From positions 8,638 to 72,637 of the forward strand of contig DATEJO010000036.1 in assembly GCA_035277905.1 (NCBI GenBank): DNA of 64,000 nt, read 5' to 3'. The translations under genes were made by a program, and so were the position numbers. This stretch comes from Candidatus Sulfotelmatobacter sp. GTDB taxonomy: Bacteria; Acidobacteriota; Terriglobia; Terriglobales; Acidobacteriaceae. The notes under the pieces are model-generated. The model made no database searches and was not told the origin of the DNA. It was given only the letters and a program-made list of their open reading frames with translations. This document shows, piece after piece, positions 1 to 10,125 of this stretch; within the stretch, counting starts at the first letter, position 1; the number at the start of each line of letters is the position of its first letter.

Positions 1-842
1 TGATCCGACGTTGTCTGCCTGAGCGACCCGCGCTTCGTCTGATTCGCTGGAAAAACATTGGCATTAGTCTCGGGATCTATCACCTGGCCCGGAGTGCGCC
101 TCAGTTCATGCGGCGCAAACTGCGCGAGGGAGCAATCAAGAATCTTCCCAAAGGATACGATGTCGACAAGCACTTCAATCCGCGTTATGCGCCATGGGAC
201 CAGCGTTTGTGTCTCGTGCCCGATGCCGATCTCTTCATGGCGATCAGCGCGGGAAAAGCGTCGATTGTCACTGACCAGATCGAGACTCTCACCGAACGCG
301 GCATAAGGCTGCACTCAGGAGAGGAACTCGAGGCCGACATCGTTGTGTCGGCCACGGGATTGCAAATGCTCGCAATTGGTGGAGTCCAGCTCATTGTTGA
401 CGGCGTATCCGTCGATACGGGACGTACGTTCATCTACAAAGGAACAATGGTGAGTAACGTTCCGAACTTTGCCTTCTGCATTGGTTACACCAACGCTTCG
501 TGGACACTGCGCGCGGATCTTGCTTCGACGTTCGTATGCCGACTTTTGAATCACATGGACCGACGCCGCTACCGTACGGTCGTGCCGGCATGCGATTTTG
601 AGTCGATGGAACCGAAACCGCTGCTGGATCTTACGTCCGGATACGTAACGCGAGCGGCAAAAAGCCTGCCGAAACAGGCCGGGCGGAAACCTTGGCTGAT
701 CAAGCAGAACTACATCCTCGATATGCTCACGATGAAGTTGAGCCGAATCGAGGATGGGATCTTGAAGTTCGGCGCGCCTCGAGCGATGTATCGAACTGAT
801 GAGCCTGAAAGCAACCCGGTCACGACATCTGCGGCGGATTAG
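1..842 (+). CDS. FAD/NADPH-dependent flavin monooxygenase (EthA/Baeyer-Villiger-like), C-terminal part; 5' end outside window
   Basis: Frame 3 is open from the left edge to the stop at 840-842; the ORF track shows only the Met-initiated part 108..842. The translation (...GYDVDKHFNPRYAPWDQRLCLVPDADLF...FAFCIGYTNASWTLRADL...) matches my recollection of the C-terminal half of class B flavin monooxygenases. Confidence 0.7.
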   Translation, partial: IRRCLPERPALRLIRWKNIGISLGIYHLARSAPQFMRRKLREGAIKNLPKGYDVDKHFNPRYAPWDQRLCLVPDADLFMAISAGKASIVTDQIETLTERGIRLHSGEELEADIVVSATGLQMLAIGGVQLIVDGVSVDTGRTFIYKGTMVSNVPNFAFCIGYTNASWTLRADLASTFVCRLLNHMDRRRYRTVVPACDFESMEPKPLLDLTSGYVTRAAKSLPKQAGRKPWLIKQNYILDMLTMKLSRIEDGILKFGAPRAMYRTDEPESNPVTTSAAD

Positions 843-893
843 CTGTTCTTCGCCGGTCCGAATCGCTGGTTCCTGAATAGTCCGCGTATAATA

Positions 894-1148
894 ATGGTCT
901 TTATGACTGCCTACGTGTACGTGTCGTTGAAGAAGAGTGTTCTCGATCCGCAAGGCAAAACCATTCAGGGCGCACTCAAGAAGATGGGATACAAGGGTCT
1001 CGAAAGCGTGAGGCAGGGGAAGTATTTCGAGCTGACTCTGGATGGCGGCCTGAGCCGCGAAGAGGCACAGTCAGAAGTCGAGCGCATTGCGCGCGAAGTA
1101 CTGACCAATCCTGTCATCGAAGAATTCCGGTTCTCCCTGGCCGAATAA
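894..1148 (+). CDS. purS: Phosphoribosylformylglycinamidine synthase subunit PurS
   Basis: 84-aa [46 protein letters not shown] is the typical PurS fold signature. The start could be the ATG at 903 instead. Confidence 0.8.
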   Translation: MVFMTAYVYVSLKKSVLDPQGKTIQGALKKMGYKGLESVRQGKYFELTLDGGLSREEAQSEVERIAREVLTNPVIEEFRFSLAE

Positions 1149-1174
1149 GAGCGGCCGAACGTCGAGGTTTTCCC

Positions 1175-3046
1175 ATGTGCGGCATTGTCGGGTATGTCGG
1201 CAAGAAAAGTGTCGTTCCAGTCATTCTTGATGGCCTGAGGCGGCTGGAATATCGCGGTTACGATTCGGCAGGCATCGCTGTCGCAGGTAACGGCGACGGT
1301 TTGGAGATCTGCCGTGCTGAGGGCAAGCTCCGGAATCTCGAAGAAGCAATCAAGCACAAGCCCCTGCACGGAACGTACGGCATCGGCCACACGCGCTGGG
1401 CTACTCATGGAAGGCCCACAGAAGAAAACGCGCACCCTCACCGCGACTGCACAGGAAAGATCGTCGTCGTCCATAACGGCATCGTCGAGAACTATCTCAG
1501 TTTGAAGAAGAAGCTGGCGGAGGAAGGCCACAAGTTCACGACCGAGACGGACACGGAAATCATCGCGCACCTCGTCGAAAAATATTCGCAGCCGTCGAAT
1601 GGGCATCATGCGCATCTCGAACATGCAGTGCGGAAGGCTCTGAAGGAACTCAGCGGGGTGTTCGCCCTTGCCGTGATTTCGACAGATGATCCGAACAAGA
1701 TTGTGGCGGCGCGGAACGGTCCTCCCGCAGTCATTGGACTAGGGAATGATGAATATTTTGTCGCCTCGGACGTCCCGGCAATTCTTCACCATACTCGCGA
1801 CATCTTTTTTCTTGGCGATGGCGATATGGCCGTGGTTACGCCGCATGGGGTGCAACTGACCGACTTCAGCGGCAAGCCGGTTGTGCGCCAGGTACAGCAC
1901 GTCACGTGGGATCCGATCCAGGCAGAAAAAGGCGGCTTCAAGCATTTCATGCTCAAGGAGATTTACGAGCAGCCGCGTGCCGTGCAGGAAACCAGCCTTG
2001 GCCGCGTATCCCAGGATACTGGACATATCTTTCTTGAGCAGATGGAGGTTACTGAAGCGGAGTTTCGCGAGGCTCCGAAGATCAACATCATTGCCTGCGG
2101 AACGAGCTGGCACGCCGGGCAGGCAGGCAAGTTCATGATCGAGTCGCTGGCACGCGTTCCCGTAGAAGTCGATTATGCCAGCGAATGGCGTTACCGGGAT
2201 CCGATTGTCGATCCCAAGACAATCACACTGGTGATTTCACAATCTGGAGAGACGGCCGACACGATCGCCGCGCAGCGCGAGGCCAAAGCGAAGGGGTCGA
2301 AGACACTAGCAATCTGCAACGTGGTCGGATCAATGATCACGCGCGAAGCCGCGGGCACGATCTATACGCACGCGGGCCCGGAGATCGGCGTGGCATCGAC
2401 CAAGGCGTTCACCGCACAACTGACCGCGCTCTATATCTTCGCGATGTATCTGGCGCAGGTGCGCGGCGTCATGGCCCCGGAAAAATCGCGCGCCTCGATG
2501 CTTGAGTTAACACGAATTCCGGCGAAGCTCGAAACGATTCTCTCTCACGACAAGGCTTGCGATGAACTAGCCAGGCGGTATCAGAAAGTGCACGACTTTC
2601 TTTTCCTTGGCCGCGGGATTCACTATCCGATCGCTCTCGAAGGCGCCCTCAAGCTGAAAGAAATTTCGTACATTCACGCCGAAGGATACCCCGCGGGAGA
2701 AATGAAGCACGGGCCGAACGCTCTCATTGATGAGAACTTACCGGTCGTCATTATCGCCACGCGAGACCAGAACAATCCCGACTCAGTCCTGCGCTATGAA
2801 AAAACGATGTCGAATCTGAAAGAAGTGAAGGCGCGGTCCGGCGTCGTGATTGCGTTGGCGACCGACGGCGACGAGGAAATCAAAGAATCCGCCGACCACG
2901 TGCTTTACATTCCCCCCGCGCCGGAGGAGTTGTTGCCCATCCTGGAGATCGTTCCGCTGCAACTGCTCGCATATCACATCGCGGTGAGGCGGGGATGCGA
3001 TGTGGATCAGCCAAGGAATCTAGCTAAGTCGGTGACAGTGGAGTAG
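1175..3046 (+). CDS. glmS: Glutamine--fructose-6-phosphate aminotransferase (isomerizing)
   Basis: 623 aa. It has an N-terminal MCGIVGY (Ntn Cys glutaminase), tandem SIS-type sugar isomerase regions and the C-terminal ...NLAKSVTVE typical of GlmS. Confidence 0.97.
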   Translation: MCGIVGYVGKKSVVPVILDGLRRLEYRGYDSAGIAVAGNGDGLEICRAEGKLRNLEEAIKHKPLHGTYGIGHTRWATHGRPTEENAHPHRDCTGKIVVVHNGIVENYLSLKKKLAEEGHKFTTETDTEIIAHLVEKYSQPSNGHHAHLEHAVRKALKELSGVFALAVISTDDPNKIVAARNGPPAVIGLGNDEYFVASDVPAILHHTRDIFFLGDGDMAVVTPHGVQLTDFSGKPVVRQVQHVTWDPIQAEKGGFKHFMLKEIYEQPRAVQETSLGRVSQDTGHIFLEQMEVTEAEFREAPKINIIACGTSWHAGQAGKFMIESLARVPVEVDYASEWRYRDPIVDPKTITLVISQSGETADTIAAQREAKAKGSKTLAICNVVGSMITREAAGTIYTHAGPEIGVASTKAFTAQLTALYIFAMYLAQVRGVMAPEKSRASMLELTRIPAKLETILSHDKACDELARRYQKVHDFLFLGRGIHYPIALEGALKLKEISYIHAEGYPAGEMKHGPNALIDENLPVVIIATRDQNNPDSVLRYEKTMSNLKEVKARSGVVIALATDGDEEIKESADHVLYIPPAPEELLPILEIVPLQLLAYHIAVRRGCDVDQPRNLAKSVTVE

Positions 3047-3055
3047 TCCAGCCGA

Positions 3056-4642
3056 CTAGTGAACCTGCACAGACGAAGCGATCGTGCGCAATACCGACCT
3101 TAAGCGCCAGACCGTCCCGCCCAGCGCAGCAATTCCTGTGATCCAGACCCCAAACGCTACATCAACTACCCAGCGCGGCGCCTCCCCGACCCGCCGCAGC
3201 AGGAACGGCAGGAAATTCCAGCAGGTGATGTGTACGTAGTCCCACGGGTCTTGCGTCATCGACACGGTATTCAGGCCCCATGCGTTCATCTTGCCCAGAG
3301 CGAAGGCGACGATGTTCTTGAAGCGTAGGGCGATCACAAATGTCGGGTGACCGAAGGCTTCCATCTGATAAATCTCGAGCGGCAGCCAGAAAGCGAGCGA
3401 CGCCAGTTGGATCACCAAACTGATGCCAGTCAAAGCGACTCCAGCACGCCACATCCAGCGGCCCAGGCTGGCGCGATAGCTTATCAATAGAGGAACGGAA
3501 AGCAGTGCCACCATTTCGACCGCGGTCGACACGTAGCGGTCACCCCAGGCGAAATCGCCGGCCCAGTAGGTGTAGCGGGCATAGAAGCTGATGTAGGCGA
3601 GCAGAAGCAGCACCGACGTCACGGCGTATGCACGAACTTCAGTACCAAGGCGCTTCCACAGCCACACCATCAGGATCAAGGCAAGAATCAGAAGTGGATC
3701 GAAAAGGAAGATCGACTTTTCAGGTTTGAACAATGCTCCGAAAAATCCTTCGTGGAAAGGCGTGCTCCACGGGAAGTTCGCTGGCAACGTCGGATCTTGC
3801 GCGCGCTGTTCGCGGGCAAAGATGGGAATGTACGTCTGGGTCCACGAACCGAAACGATAGAAATTGTAAGCCCGCTCGATCAGCGTAAAGAAGACATAGA
3901 CCGGCACCGCAATCGCGCAGTAGCCGATGAATTTCCCCGCCAGCGTGCGTCCACGAATCGGCTTGAACCAGAGCACCGCGAGCAGAAATATCCCGGCCGC
4001 AATCAGATCGAGGGCAGTTGTTACGCGGATTAGCAGATCAAAACCCAGGGCACACGAGCCGATCAAGAGTGCGCGGCGGCTTTGGGTCTGGAGCCATTCA
4101 TACTGATAGGAAAACCCCGCCAGAGTAAGAAGCATGATGTAGTTGTTCTCCATCATGTTCTGGGTGTAGTGCAGGTGAGTCGTGCAGAAAAGCAAGGCGA
4201 GCACGCCAGCAACAGACTCCTTGACCTCGAAGCGAAGCTGCCGCAGAAAGCGAAATGCGATCACTGCGGTCAGCACATTCACCAGAATGTTCATCGTGTA
4301 GCTGACAAAAATGCTGCGCACGGAAGGGTCGTCCTCGTACTCCGAGAAGACGTGCCAGTGCGCAATCCATGTACCGACGACATCGGAAGGCAGCATCAGC
4401 AGCGATTGTCCGATACCGTACCAGCTGAAAATTTGCCAGCCGCGGCCGTGCAGGCCGAACTCCGGATATTCATTTGGGAAAACCTGCGGCTCCGATGTCC
4501 ATAACCAATGCGTGGTCTGAAGCCGATGCGTGGTGTCGGCGCTGCCCAGTTCGCCGGATTGAACCACGAAGGCGAGAAGTCCCGCCGCGACACAGAGAAG
4601 AAATAACGGATCCCGCCACCAGTGGGCCAAACGTGAGGTCAT
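3056..4642 (-). CDS. Polytopic inner-membrane protein, possibly a GT-C-type (ArnT/PMT-like) glycosyltransferase
   Basis: 528-aa uninterrupted ORF with more than 10 hydrophobic segments and aromatic-rich loops. No catalytic motif was confidently recognised, so the function is a guess. It converges on glmS with a 9-nt gap. Confidence 0.7.
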   Translation of the reverse strand: MTSRLAHWWRDPLFLLCVAAGLLAFVVQSGELGSADTTHRLQTTHWLWTSEPQVFPNEYPEFGLHGRGWQIFSWYGIGQSLLMLPSDVVGTWIAHWHVFSEYEDDPSVRSIFVSYTMNILVNVLTAVIAFRFLRQLRFEVKESVAGVLALLFCTTHLHYTQNMMENNYIMLLTLAGFSYQYEWLQTQSRRALLIGSCALGFDLLIRVTTALDLIAAGIFLLAVLWFKPIRGRTLAGKFIGYCAIAVPVYVFFTLIERAYNFYRFGSWTQTYIPIFAREQRAQDPTLPANFPWSTPFHEGFFGALFKPEKSIFLFDPLLILALILMVWLWKRLGTEVRAYAVTSVLLLLAYISFYARYTYWAGDFAWGDRYVSTAVEMVALLSVPLLISYRASLGRWMWRAGVALTGISLVIQLASLAFWLPLEIYQMEAFGHPTFVIALRFKNIVAFALGKMNAWGLNTVSMTQDPWDYVHITCWNFLPFLLRRVGEAPRWVVDVAFGVWITGIAALGGTVWRLRSVLRTIASSVQVH

Positions 4643-4764
4643 CTTTGAGGATGGTAATACAAAGCGGACCTCGGCCCTCGGCCCTCTCCAGTGTCATCGG
4701 CCGCCGACGACTCTCCCGCTACCGACGCGGGGACTGGTTTATCCTGTAGCGGGGAAATTCCACG

Positions 4765-7533
4765 ATGTCTTATTGCGCGTTCTGCGGGAGTGAACTCTTT
4801 CCCGACGTCCGTTACTGCTCGGCCTGCGGAAAGGTGGTCGTGAACACAGATGATGTCGCGACACTGGATTTCGCTACGGCGACTTCTCCCCTTCCGGCGC
4901 GGCCAGCGTCGGGAGCGTCGTCCAAATCATCCTCCAGGACTTCATCGCGCACTTCGACATTTCCGGAATATGCGATCAGCGAAGGGCGATTTCTCCCCGG
5001 ACGGCTGATTGCGGGACGCTATCGAATTATCGCGTTGCTCGGCAAGGGAGGCATGGGCGAGGTCTACCGTGCAGATGACCTGACGCTCGGCCAGGCGGTC
5101 GCACTGAAGTTTCTGCCCGACGCGGCTGCATCCGACGAAGCTTTGTTGGAACGCTTCCGAAACGAAGTGCGAATCGCCCGTCGCGTGTCTCATCCGAACG
5201 TTTGCCGCGTATACGACGTCGGAGAAGTGGACGGGCAAATGTTCTTCACGATGGAGTACGTCGACGGGGAAGACCTCGCCTCGTTACTCCGGCGGATTGG
5301 GCGTCTGCCGCAGGACAAAGCCGTAGAGATTGCGCGTCAGCTTTGTGCCGGTCTGGCCGCGGCGCACGCAAAAGGCGTGCTGCATCGCGACTTGAAGCCT
5401 GCCAACATCATGCTGGACGGGCGCGGACAGGTTGTGATCACCGACTTTGGGCTCGCGGGCGTGGCCGACGATATTCGTGGCGCGGAGGTTCGCAGCGGCA
5501 CTCCCGCTTACATGTCGCCGGAACAGCTTGCCGGGCGAGAAGTCAGCATGCGCAGCGACATCTATGCGCTGGGGCTGGTCCTCTACGAGATATTCACGGG
5601 CAAACGAGCATTCGCGGAGAAAAGAGCAGCGTCGCTTCATGGAGATGGGGATCGTACGCCCAGCCGGCCTACGTCCGTGGTGAAGGATCTGGATCCGGTC
5701 GTCGAGAAAGTGATCATGCGCTGCCTCGAAGAAGATCCTCCGGCGCGTCCTGCAACAGCGCTTGCAGTAGCGGCGGCATTGCCCGGAGGCGATCCGCTAG
5801 CAGCGGCGCTGGCGGCAGGAGAGACTCCATCGCCCCAGCTGGTTGCTGCGTCCGGGGAGACGGAGGGACTGCGTCCAAAGGTCGCCATCTCGATTCTCGC
5901 TGGGGTACTTCTTGCCTTTGCCGTCGTCGTTGGGTTCTCGGTTCACTACAGCGCTTACGACAAAATGGACCTGGAACTCCCTCCCGACGTGCTGACGGTC
6001 AAGGCTCATGAAATCATTGCGCGCCTCGGATACGAAGGCCGCCCGGTCGACAGCGCCTACGGGCTCGACATCGACGGAAATTTTCAGGATTCAGTCGAGA
6101 AAAATGACAAGCCGCGCCCCGACTGGAACGCCGTCCTGGCGGCACGGCCGTCAATGCTGATCTATTGGTACCGGCAGAGTCCCGACGATCTGCTTGCCAA
6201 TGAGTTTCGGGACAATCTGCTGACGCCGGGCATTGTGACTGCGACCGATCCGCCAACCGTCCTTTCCGGAATGATCAATTTGCGGCTCGATCCGCAGGGG
6301 CGGTTGACTTACTTTCAGGCGATCCCGGCGCAGAAGCTCGGTCCAGACAAGCAAAATACGAACGCTGATTCCCCCGCGACGCCGTTTGACTGGAACGTTC
6401 TATTCACTGCAGCAGTGCTGGATATTTCGAAGTTCCAGCCGACCCAACCCAGCTGGAATTCCCTCGCCGCCTCCGACAGCCGTATGGCTTGGGCTGGAGT
6501 ATGGCCTGGCACAACGAGGCCGCTGCGTGTAGAAGCGGCTTCGTTCCGAGGCAAGCCGGTCTTCTTTGACTTGATCGGCAACTGGACGAAGCCTGAGCGG
6601 ATGGTCAGCACCGAGAAAAAATCCTTTGGCGACAAGGCGAGCAGGATTATCGGAATCATCCTGCTCATTGTCGGACTCGGCGGAGCCTCTTTCCTCGCGC
6701 GTAGAAACTATCGCCGCGGGCGGGGCGATCGCCAAGGCGCGCTTCGCCTCGCTATCGTCATGTTCCTGCTCCAGATGGCGCTCTTCATTTGCCAGTGCCA
6801 TTTCGAAGATATTGGGGATACGGTTGGCCTGACGATTATTGCGATCAGTACTGCACTCTTCATGGCGGGAGCGGTCTGGCTGCTCTACATGGCGATCGAG
6901 CCGTGGGTACGCCGGGTGTGGCCGAAAACGATCATCTCCTGGACGCGGCTCTTGGCAGGCAACTACCGCGATCCGGTTGTCGGGCGAGACATCTTGCTCG
7001 GTGTCGTGCTTGGCATCGTCTGGATTCTTGTATTCCAGATTCGATACCTATTTATGGTACGTCTGGGAGCTTCTCCCGGCCTCGGTGGTACTGACGTGCT
7101 TATGGGGGGACGCGCCGCTCTCGGATCATGGCTGAAACAATGGCCAATATCGATCCAAACCACGTTAATTTTCTTTTTGTTGCTTCTCGGTCTGAAAGCA
7201 CTGCTGCGAAAGCAATGGATCGCCGCCATCGTCTTCATTGCAATTTTTGCCCTTCCGCGTGGGCTGGCAAGTGATCACGTCTGGATTGATCTTCCGGCTT
7301 TTGTCCTGGTCTACGCCATTGCGGTTCTGATTGTCATTCGCTTCGGGCTTGTTCCTCTTGTAATCGCCATCTTCACAATCAATATGCTGGCCAACGTGCC
7401 GTTCTCGGCCGATTTCTCTGCCTGGTACATGACATCCTCAATCCTGGCTCTGTTGAGCGTTGTCGCCATCGCCGGATGGGGTTTCTATGGTTCCCTTGGC
7501 GGGCAGACGCTATGGAAACTAGACATGGACTAG
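4765..7533 (+). CDS. Ser/Thr protein kinase with N-terminal zinc-ribbon and C-terminal polytopic membrane domain
   Basis: It has a CxxC...CxxC zinc ribbon (MSYCAFCGSELFPDVRYCSACG) and Hanks motifs GKGGMGEVY, VALKF, HRDLKPANIML, DFG and GTPAYMSPE. A TM segment follows the kinase, then an extracytoplasmic region and a C-terminal hydrophobic multi-TM block. Confidence 0.9.
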   Translation: MSYCAFCGSELFPDVRYCSACGKVVVNTDDVATLDFATATSPLPARPASGASSKSSSRTSSRTSTFPEYAISEGRFLPGRLIAGRYRIIALLGKGGMGEVYRADDLTLGQAVALKFLPDAAASDEALLERFRNEVRIARRVSHPNVCRVYDVGEVDGQMFFTMEYVDGEDLASLLRRIGRLPQDKAVEIARQLCAGLAAAHAKGVLHRDLKPANIMLDGRGQVVITDFGLAGVADDIRGAEVRSGTPAYMSPEQLAGREVSMRSDIYALGLVLYEIFTGKRAFAEKRAASLHGDGDRTPSRPTSVVKDLDPVVEKVIMRCLEEDPPARPATALAVAAALPGGDPLAAALAAGETPSPQLVAASGETEGLRPKVAISILAGVLLAFAVVVGFSVHYSAYDKMDLELPPDVLTVKAHEIIARLGYEGRPVDSAYGLDIDGNFQDSVEKNDKPRPDWNAVLAARPSMLIYWYRQSPDDLLANEFRDNLLTPGIVTATDPPTVLSGMINLRLDPQGRLTYFQAIPAQKLGPDKQNTNADSPATPFDWNVLFTAAVLDISKFQPTQPSWNSLAASDSRMAWAGVWPGTTRPLRVEAASFRGKPVFFDLIGNWTKPERMVSTEKKSFGDKASRIIGIILLIVGLGGASFLARRNYRRGRGDRQGALRLAIVMFLLQMALFICQCHFEDIGDTVGLTIIAISTALFMAGAVWLLYMAIEPWVRRVWPKTIISWTRLLAGNYRDPVVGRDILLGVVLGIVWILVFQIRYLFMVRLGASPGLGGTDVLMGGRAALGSWLKQWPISIQTTLIFFLLLLGLKALLRKQWIAAIVFIAIFALPRGLASDHVWIDLPAFVLVYAIAVLIVIRFGLVPLVIAIFTINMLANVPFSADFSAWYMTSSILALLSVVAIAGWGFYGSLGGQTLWKLDMD

Positions 7534-7587
7534 CGCTCCTCAAACGGCTACACTGCCCCACCGATAGTTCGTTCTCCTGGGGCAAAC

Positions 7588-8217
7588 ATGGCACATGGGC
7601 GTCGTCATCCGTTATTGGGTTGTCTGGGCTGCCTGCCGCGGTTGGTGCTGCTTCTCATCGTCGGCATTGTTCTGGTTGAACTGATCATCGCAGTGTTTGC
7701 GCCCTGGGGCTTCTTCATGGGCGGCAAGTTCCACATCCTTGCGTATTGGCAGGGATGGGGTACCCTTCATTCAAAGTCCGGGAGATATGTCGTTTTTGTG
7801 CGGTTCGAACCTCGCTCTTCCGGCAGCAGAGTCTATCCGCACCCCAGTGTCGGCGGTAACGCTTACCTCTGTTCGCCGCGCGGCGAAATCTTCCGTATGA
7901 ATCTGGGAGGCGGCATGCGCAGGGGGATTGGAACGAACACTGACGGAGAGAAGATCTCGTTTTACATGAACTACCGCCCGGTGTTCTACGGAATCTTGGG
8001 TACCGATAACCGTCCGTCGATTGAGTTGCAGGGGCAGTGGCAGAATCCAAATATCGTCATGGACGACCACGGCAGCATTCAACGCGCTTTCAATGCGGAT
8101 GGAACTGTCTATCACGGCGGAGGTCCGGAGCGGCCTTATAAGGGCGAGATCGTCCCCGTCACGTTAACGCCTGGCTCGTATTCCGATTTCGAAGCAGCCT
8201 GCAAGGCGGGACATTAG
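7588..8217 (+). CDS. Hypothetical membrane-anchored protein
   Basis: 209-aa ORF with an N-terminal TM helix (LLLIVGIVLVELIIAVFAPWGFF). It lies 55 nt downstream of the kinase gene on the same strand. No family was recognised. Confidence 0.6.
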   Translation: MAHGRRHPLLGCLGCLPRLVLLLIVGIVLVELIIAVFAPWGFFMGGKFHILAYWQGWGTLHSKSGRYVVFVRFEPRSSGSRVYPHPSVGGNAYLCSPRGEIFRMNLGGGMRRGIGTNTDGEKISFYMNYRPVFYGILGTDNRPSIELQGQWQNPNIVMDDHGSIQRAFNADGTVYHGGGPERPYKGEIVPVTLTPGSYSDFEAACKAGH

Positions 8218-8239
8218 GCCATCTCCGGTTATCAAATGA

Positions 8240-8288
8240 AGGGCGCGAGCCTACGAATCCCAATCGTATGCTTCGCGCCCTCGTTTTC
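8240..8288. terminator. Bidirectional intrinsic terminator between convergent genes
   Basis: The arm AGGGCGCGAGC (8240-8250) pairs with GCTTCGCGCCCT (8270-8281), giving 11 bp with one bulge and a 19-nt loop. It is followed by CGTTTTC on the + strand, with an A-run on the other side. Confidence 0.6.
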
Positions 8289-8310
8289 ATTTCGGCTTTC
8301 TGATCTTGAG

Positions 8311-9657
8311 CTACTCGTTATCTCCGTCTCCTGCGACTGCCTTCGAAAGTGATGGCGTAGCCCGAATACGAGTTCCGCTCGTGGTTGCGCATCCGCTCGC
8401 GTTCGCGCCGGCAGCGCATCCCCAGAAGTTCTCTGTCACGTCGATTGCCCCGGTGCAGGCCGCATTGTCGTACGCACAGACGTTTTCGACGCCTACCTTG
8501 CCATTCTCAAGGTCGTTGAGGTGTGCATCAATTTCATTCGGCACGTTAAACGCAATCGCGACAGCTTCGTTGCGGATAATGTTCTGCGAAATGATCATTC
8601 CGTAGACGGGGGATCCTCCGCCTCCACTGTTGATGTTGATTCCAGCCGTTCCGGGCGTAGCTGTGTCACCTCCATCGGCGCCGTTGCCGGCGATGTAATT
8701 GCCGACGATCTGGTTTCCCGACATGTCATCGGCGGGCAAGCCGAAATTGGGACCGACGTGCGTGTGCAGAGCGACTCCCGGAATTCCGTTGCCGGTGAGT
8801 TCATTGCGGATGATGACGTTCCCTGCGGTCCGGCCTTGTCCTTCGCCGTCCGAGAACAGGCCTGCTCCCGCGCCGCCTACCTTCACGCCATTTCTGGCGA
8901 CGACGTTTTCAGACACTGTGTTGTGAACTACGCCATAATGCGGCGCAAATGCGGGAGGCGTACCTCCCATCGGGGGATGCGAAGCAAGCACAACTCCGCA
9001 CTCCAGCGGATTATCCGTCACGATGTTGCGGAAGATCAGATTGTCGCGGCTCTGTGCGGAATCGTCGCTGATCAGGATGCCGTCGGCATTTCCCGTGATC
9101 ACGTTTCCCGAAACAACGGCTCCCACCGCCCCAAGAAGGTGAAGTCCTCCGCCGCAGTCGCCGCTTTCGTCGGTTTCATATGCCGGTTGGCCATTGCATG
9201 CCGGACCCGATCCGAACACAGGACCGATAGTGTCGTTGTTGATGATGTGATTGTCGCGGATGACTGCGTCCGTGGTGTTCAGAACCAGAACACCCTCATA
9301 CAACGCGTTCTTGACCGTAAAGCCGGCGACAGTTATGTCGTCCAGGCCTGGATTATTGTAGCCATCGAGGAGAATGCCATTCGGCATGTTTGAAGCGTCA
9401 ATGATCGACTTTCCGGCACCTGCTCCAATAAGCGACATTGGTTTGCCGACGGTTACGTCTTCCTTATAGGTGCCGGCCCAAACATTAATTACGTCGTATT
9501 TTGAAGCGGCGTTCACCGCGGATTGAATCGTTGAGTAACAGCCGTTAGAACCGGAAGTATTGACGCAAATGTTTTTGGCTGCGGCTGTCTCTACCAACAA
9601 AAAGGACAGGAATACGCAGCCGAAAACCGCAGAAGGCAGAATTCGCACTGGGCGCAT
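8311..9657 (-). CDS. Secreted right-handed parallel beta-helix repeat protein (pectate-lyase/NosD-like fold)
   Basis: Repetitive GN/NxxxxN beta-helix-type repeats (ITGNADGILISDDS..., VVARNGVKVGGAG..., IVGNYIAGNGADG...). I prefer the start at the ATG at 9655-9657 (MRPVRILPSAVFGCVFLSFLLVETAAA signal peptide), which is preceded by AGGAGG, over the ORF-track start at 9774. Confidence 0.85.
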   Translation of the reverse strand: MRPVRILPSAVFGCVFLSFLLVETAAAKNICVNTSGSNGCYSTIQSAVNAASKYDVINVWAGTYKEDVTVGKPMSLIGAGAGKSIIDASNMPNGILLDGYNNPGLDDITVAGFTVKNALYEGVLVLNTTDAVIRDNHIINNDTIGPVFGSGPACNGQPAYETDESGDCGGGLHLLGAVGAVVSGNVITGNADGILISDDSAQSRDNLIFRNIVTDNPLECGVVLASHPPMGGTPPAFAPHYGVVHNTVSENVVARNGVKVGGAGAGLFSDGEGQGRTAGNVIIRNELTGNGIPGVALHTHVGPNFGLPADDMSGNQIVGNYIAGNGADGGDTATPGTAGININSGGGGSPVYGMIISQNIIRNEAVAIAFNVPNEIDAHLNDLENGKVGVENVCAYDNAACTGAIDVTENFWGCAAGANASGCATTSGTRIRATPSLSKAVAGDGDNE

Positions 9658-9803
9658 AAAAAATACTCCTCCTAAATTGTTTGTTGATTGGTTTGTCCCA
9701 GAATTACAGAGAATGCGTCGAAGGGCCCGCAAAAAAACTTGGCACATTATGTTCGCGGGAACGGCAAGTGTCAATTGGTGGTTGGCGTTTGCATGCTAGC
9801 GTC

Positions 9804-10016
9804 ATGGGCAATGACCACCCCCCCAGTCTGACCGAGTACTGGCATTCGCCACAGCTCGGCTTGAACCTGCTCTCGATGCGCAGCAGCCCCTTCTTCGGGA
9901 AGCAAACCTTCACTATCACGGAATTGAGTGTGGGGGAGCCCGATCCCAAACTCTTCGAGATCCCGGCGGGCTACGCTGTTAAAGACCAACGTAAGAGCGC
10001 GCCGATCTCGCAATAA
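9804..10016 (+). pseudogene. Possible 5'-truncated remnant of a hypothetical secreted protein (C-terminal ~65 aa only)
   Basis: The short ORF ending ...TITELSVGEPDPKLFEIPAGYAVKD looks like the conserved C-terminus of longer hypothetical proteins I recall from soil bacteria. No room is left for an N-terminal part, because the start region of the divergent beta-helix gene occupies it. Confidence 0.3.
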
Positions 10017-10096
10017 AGGGCGGGCGTGTTCGTCCGCTCTCCGCCCGTATGTCCGGAAATGCTCGCAACTTCTTGCCTCCCAACCTCATCTAAACA

Positions 10097-10125
10097 TTGA
10101 CAACGATCCACTCAAGTCTTAGCAT
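10097..10125 (+). promoter_or_regulatory. Predicted sigma70-type dnaK promoter overlapping a HAIR-like HspR half-site
   Basis: TTGACA (10097-10102), a 17-nt spacer, then TAGCAT (10120-10125), about 65 nt upstream of dnaK. ATTGACA-N7-ACTCAAG (10096-10116) resembles CTTGAGT-N7-ACTCAAG: the right half is perfect and the left half matches 4/7. Confidence 0.45.

Noticed and set aside
7795-7815. A tRNA T-arm-like string GGTTCGAACC.
   Set aside because: It lies inside a continuous 209-codon ORF, with no flanking acceptor or anticodon stem complementarity. No tRNA-like structure was found in any intergenic region.
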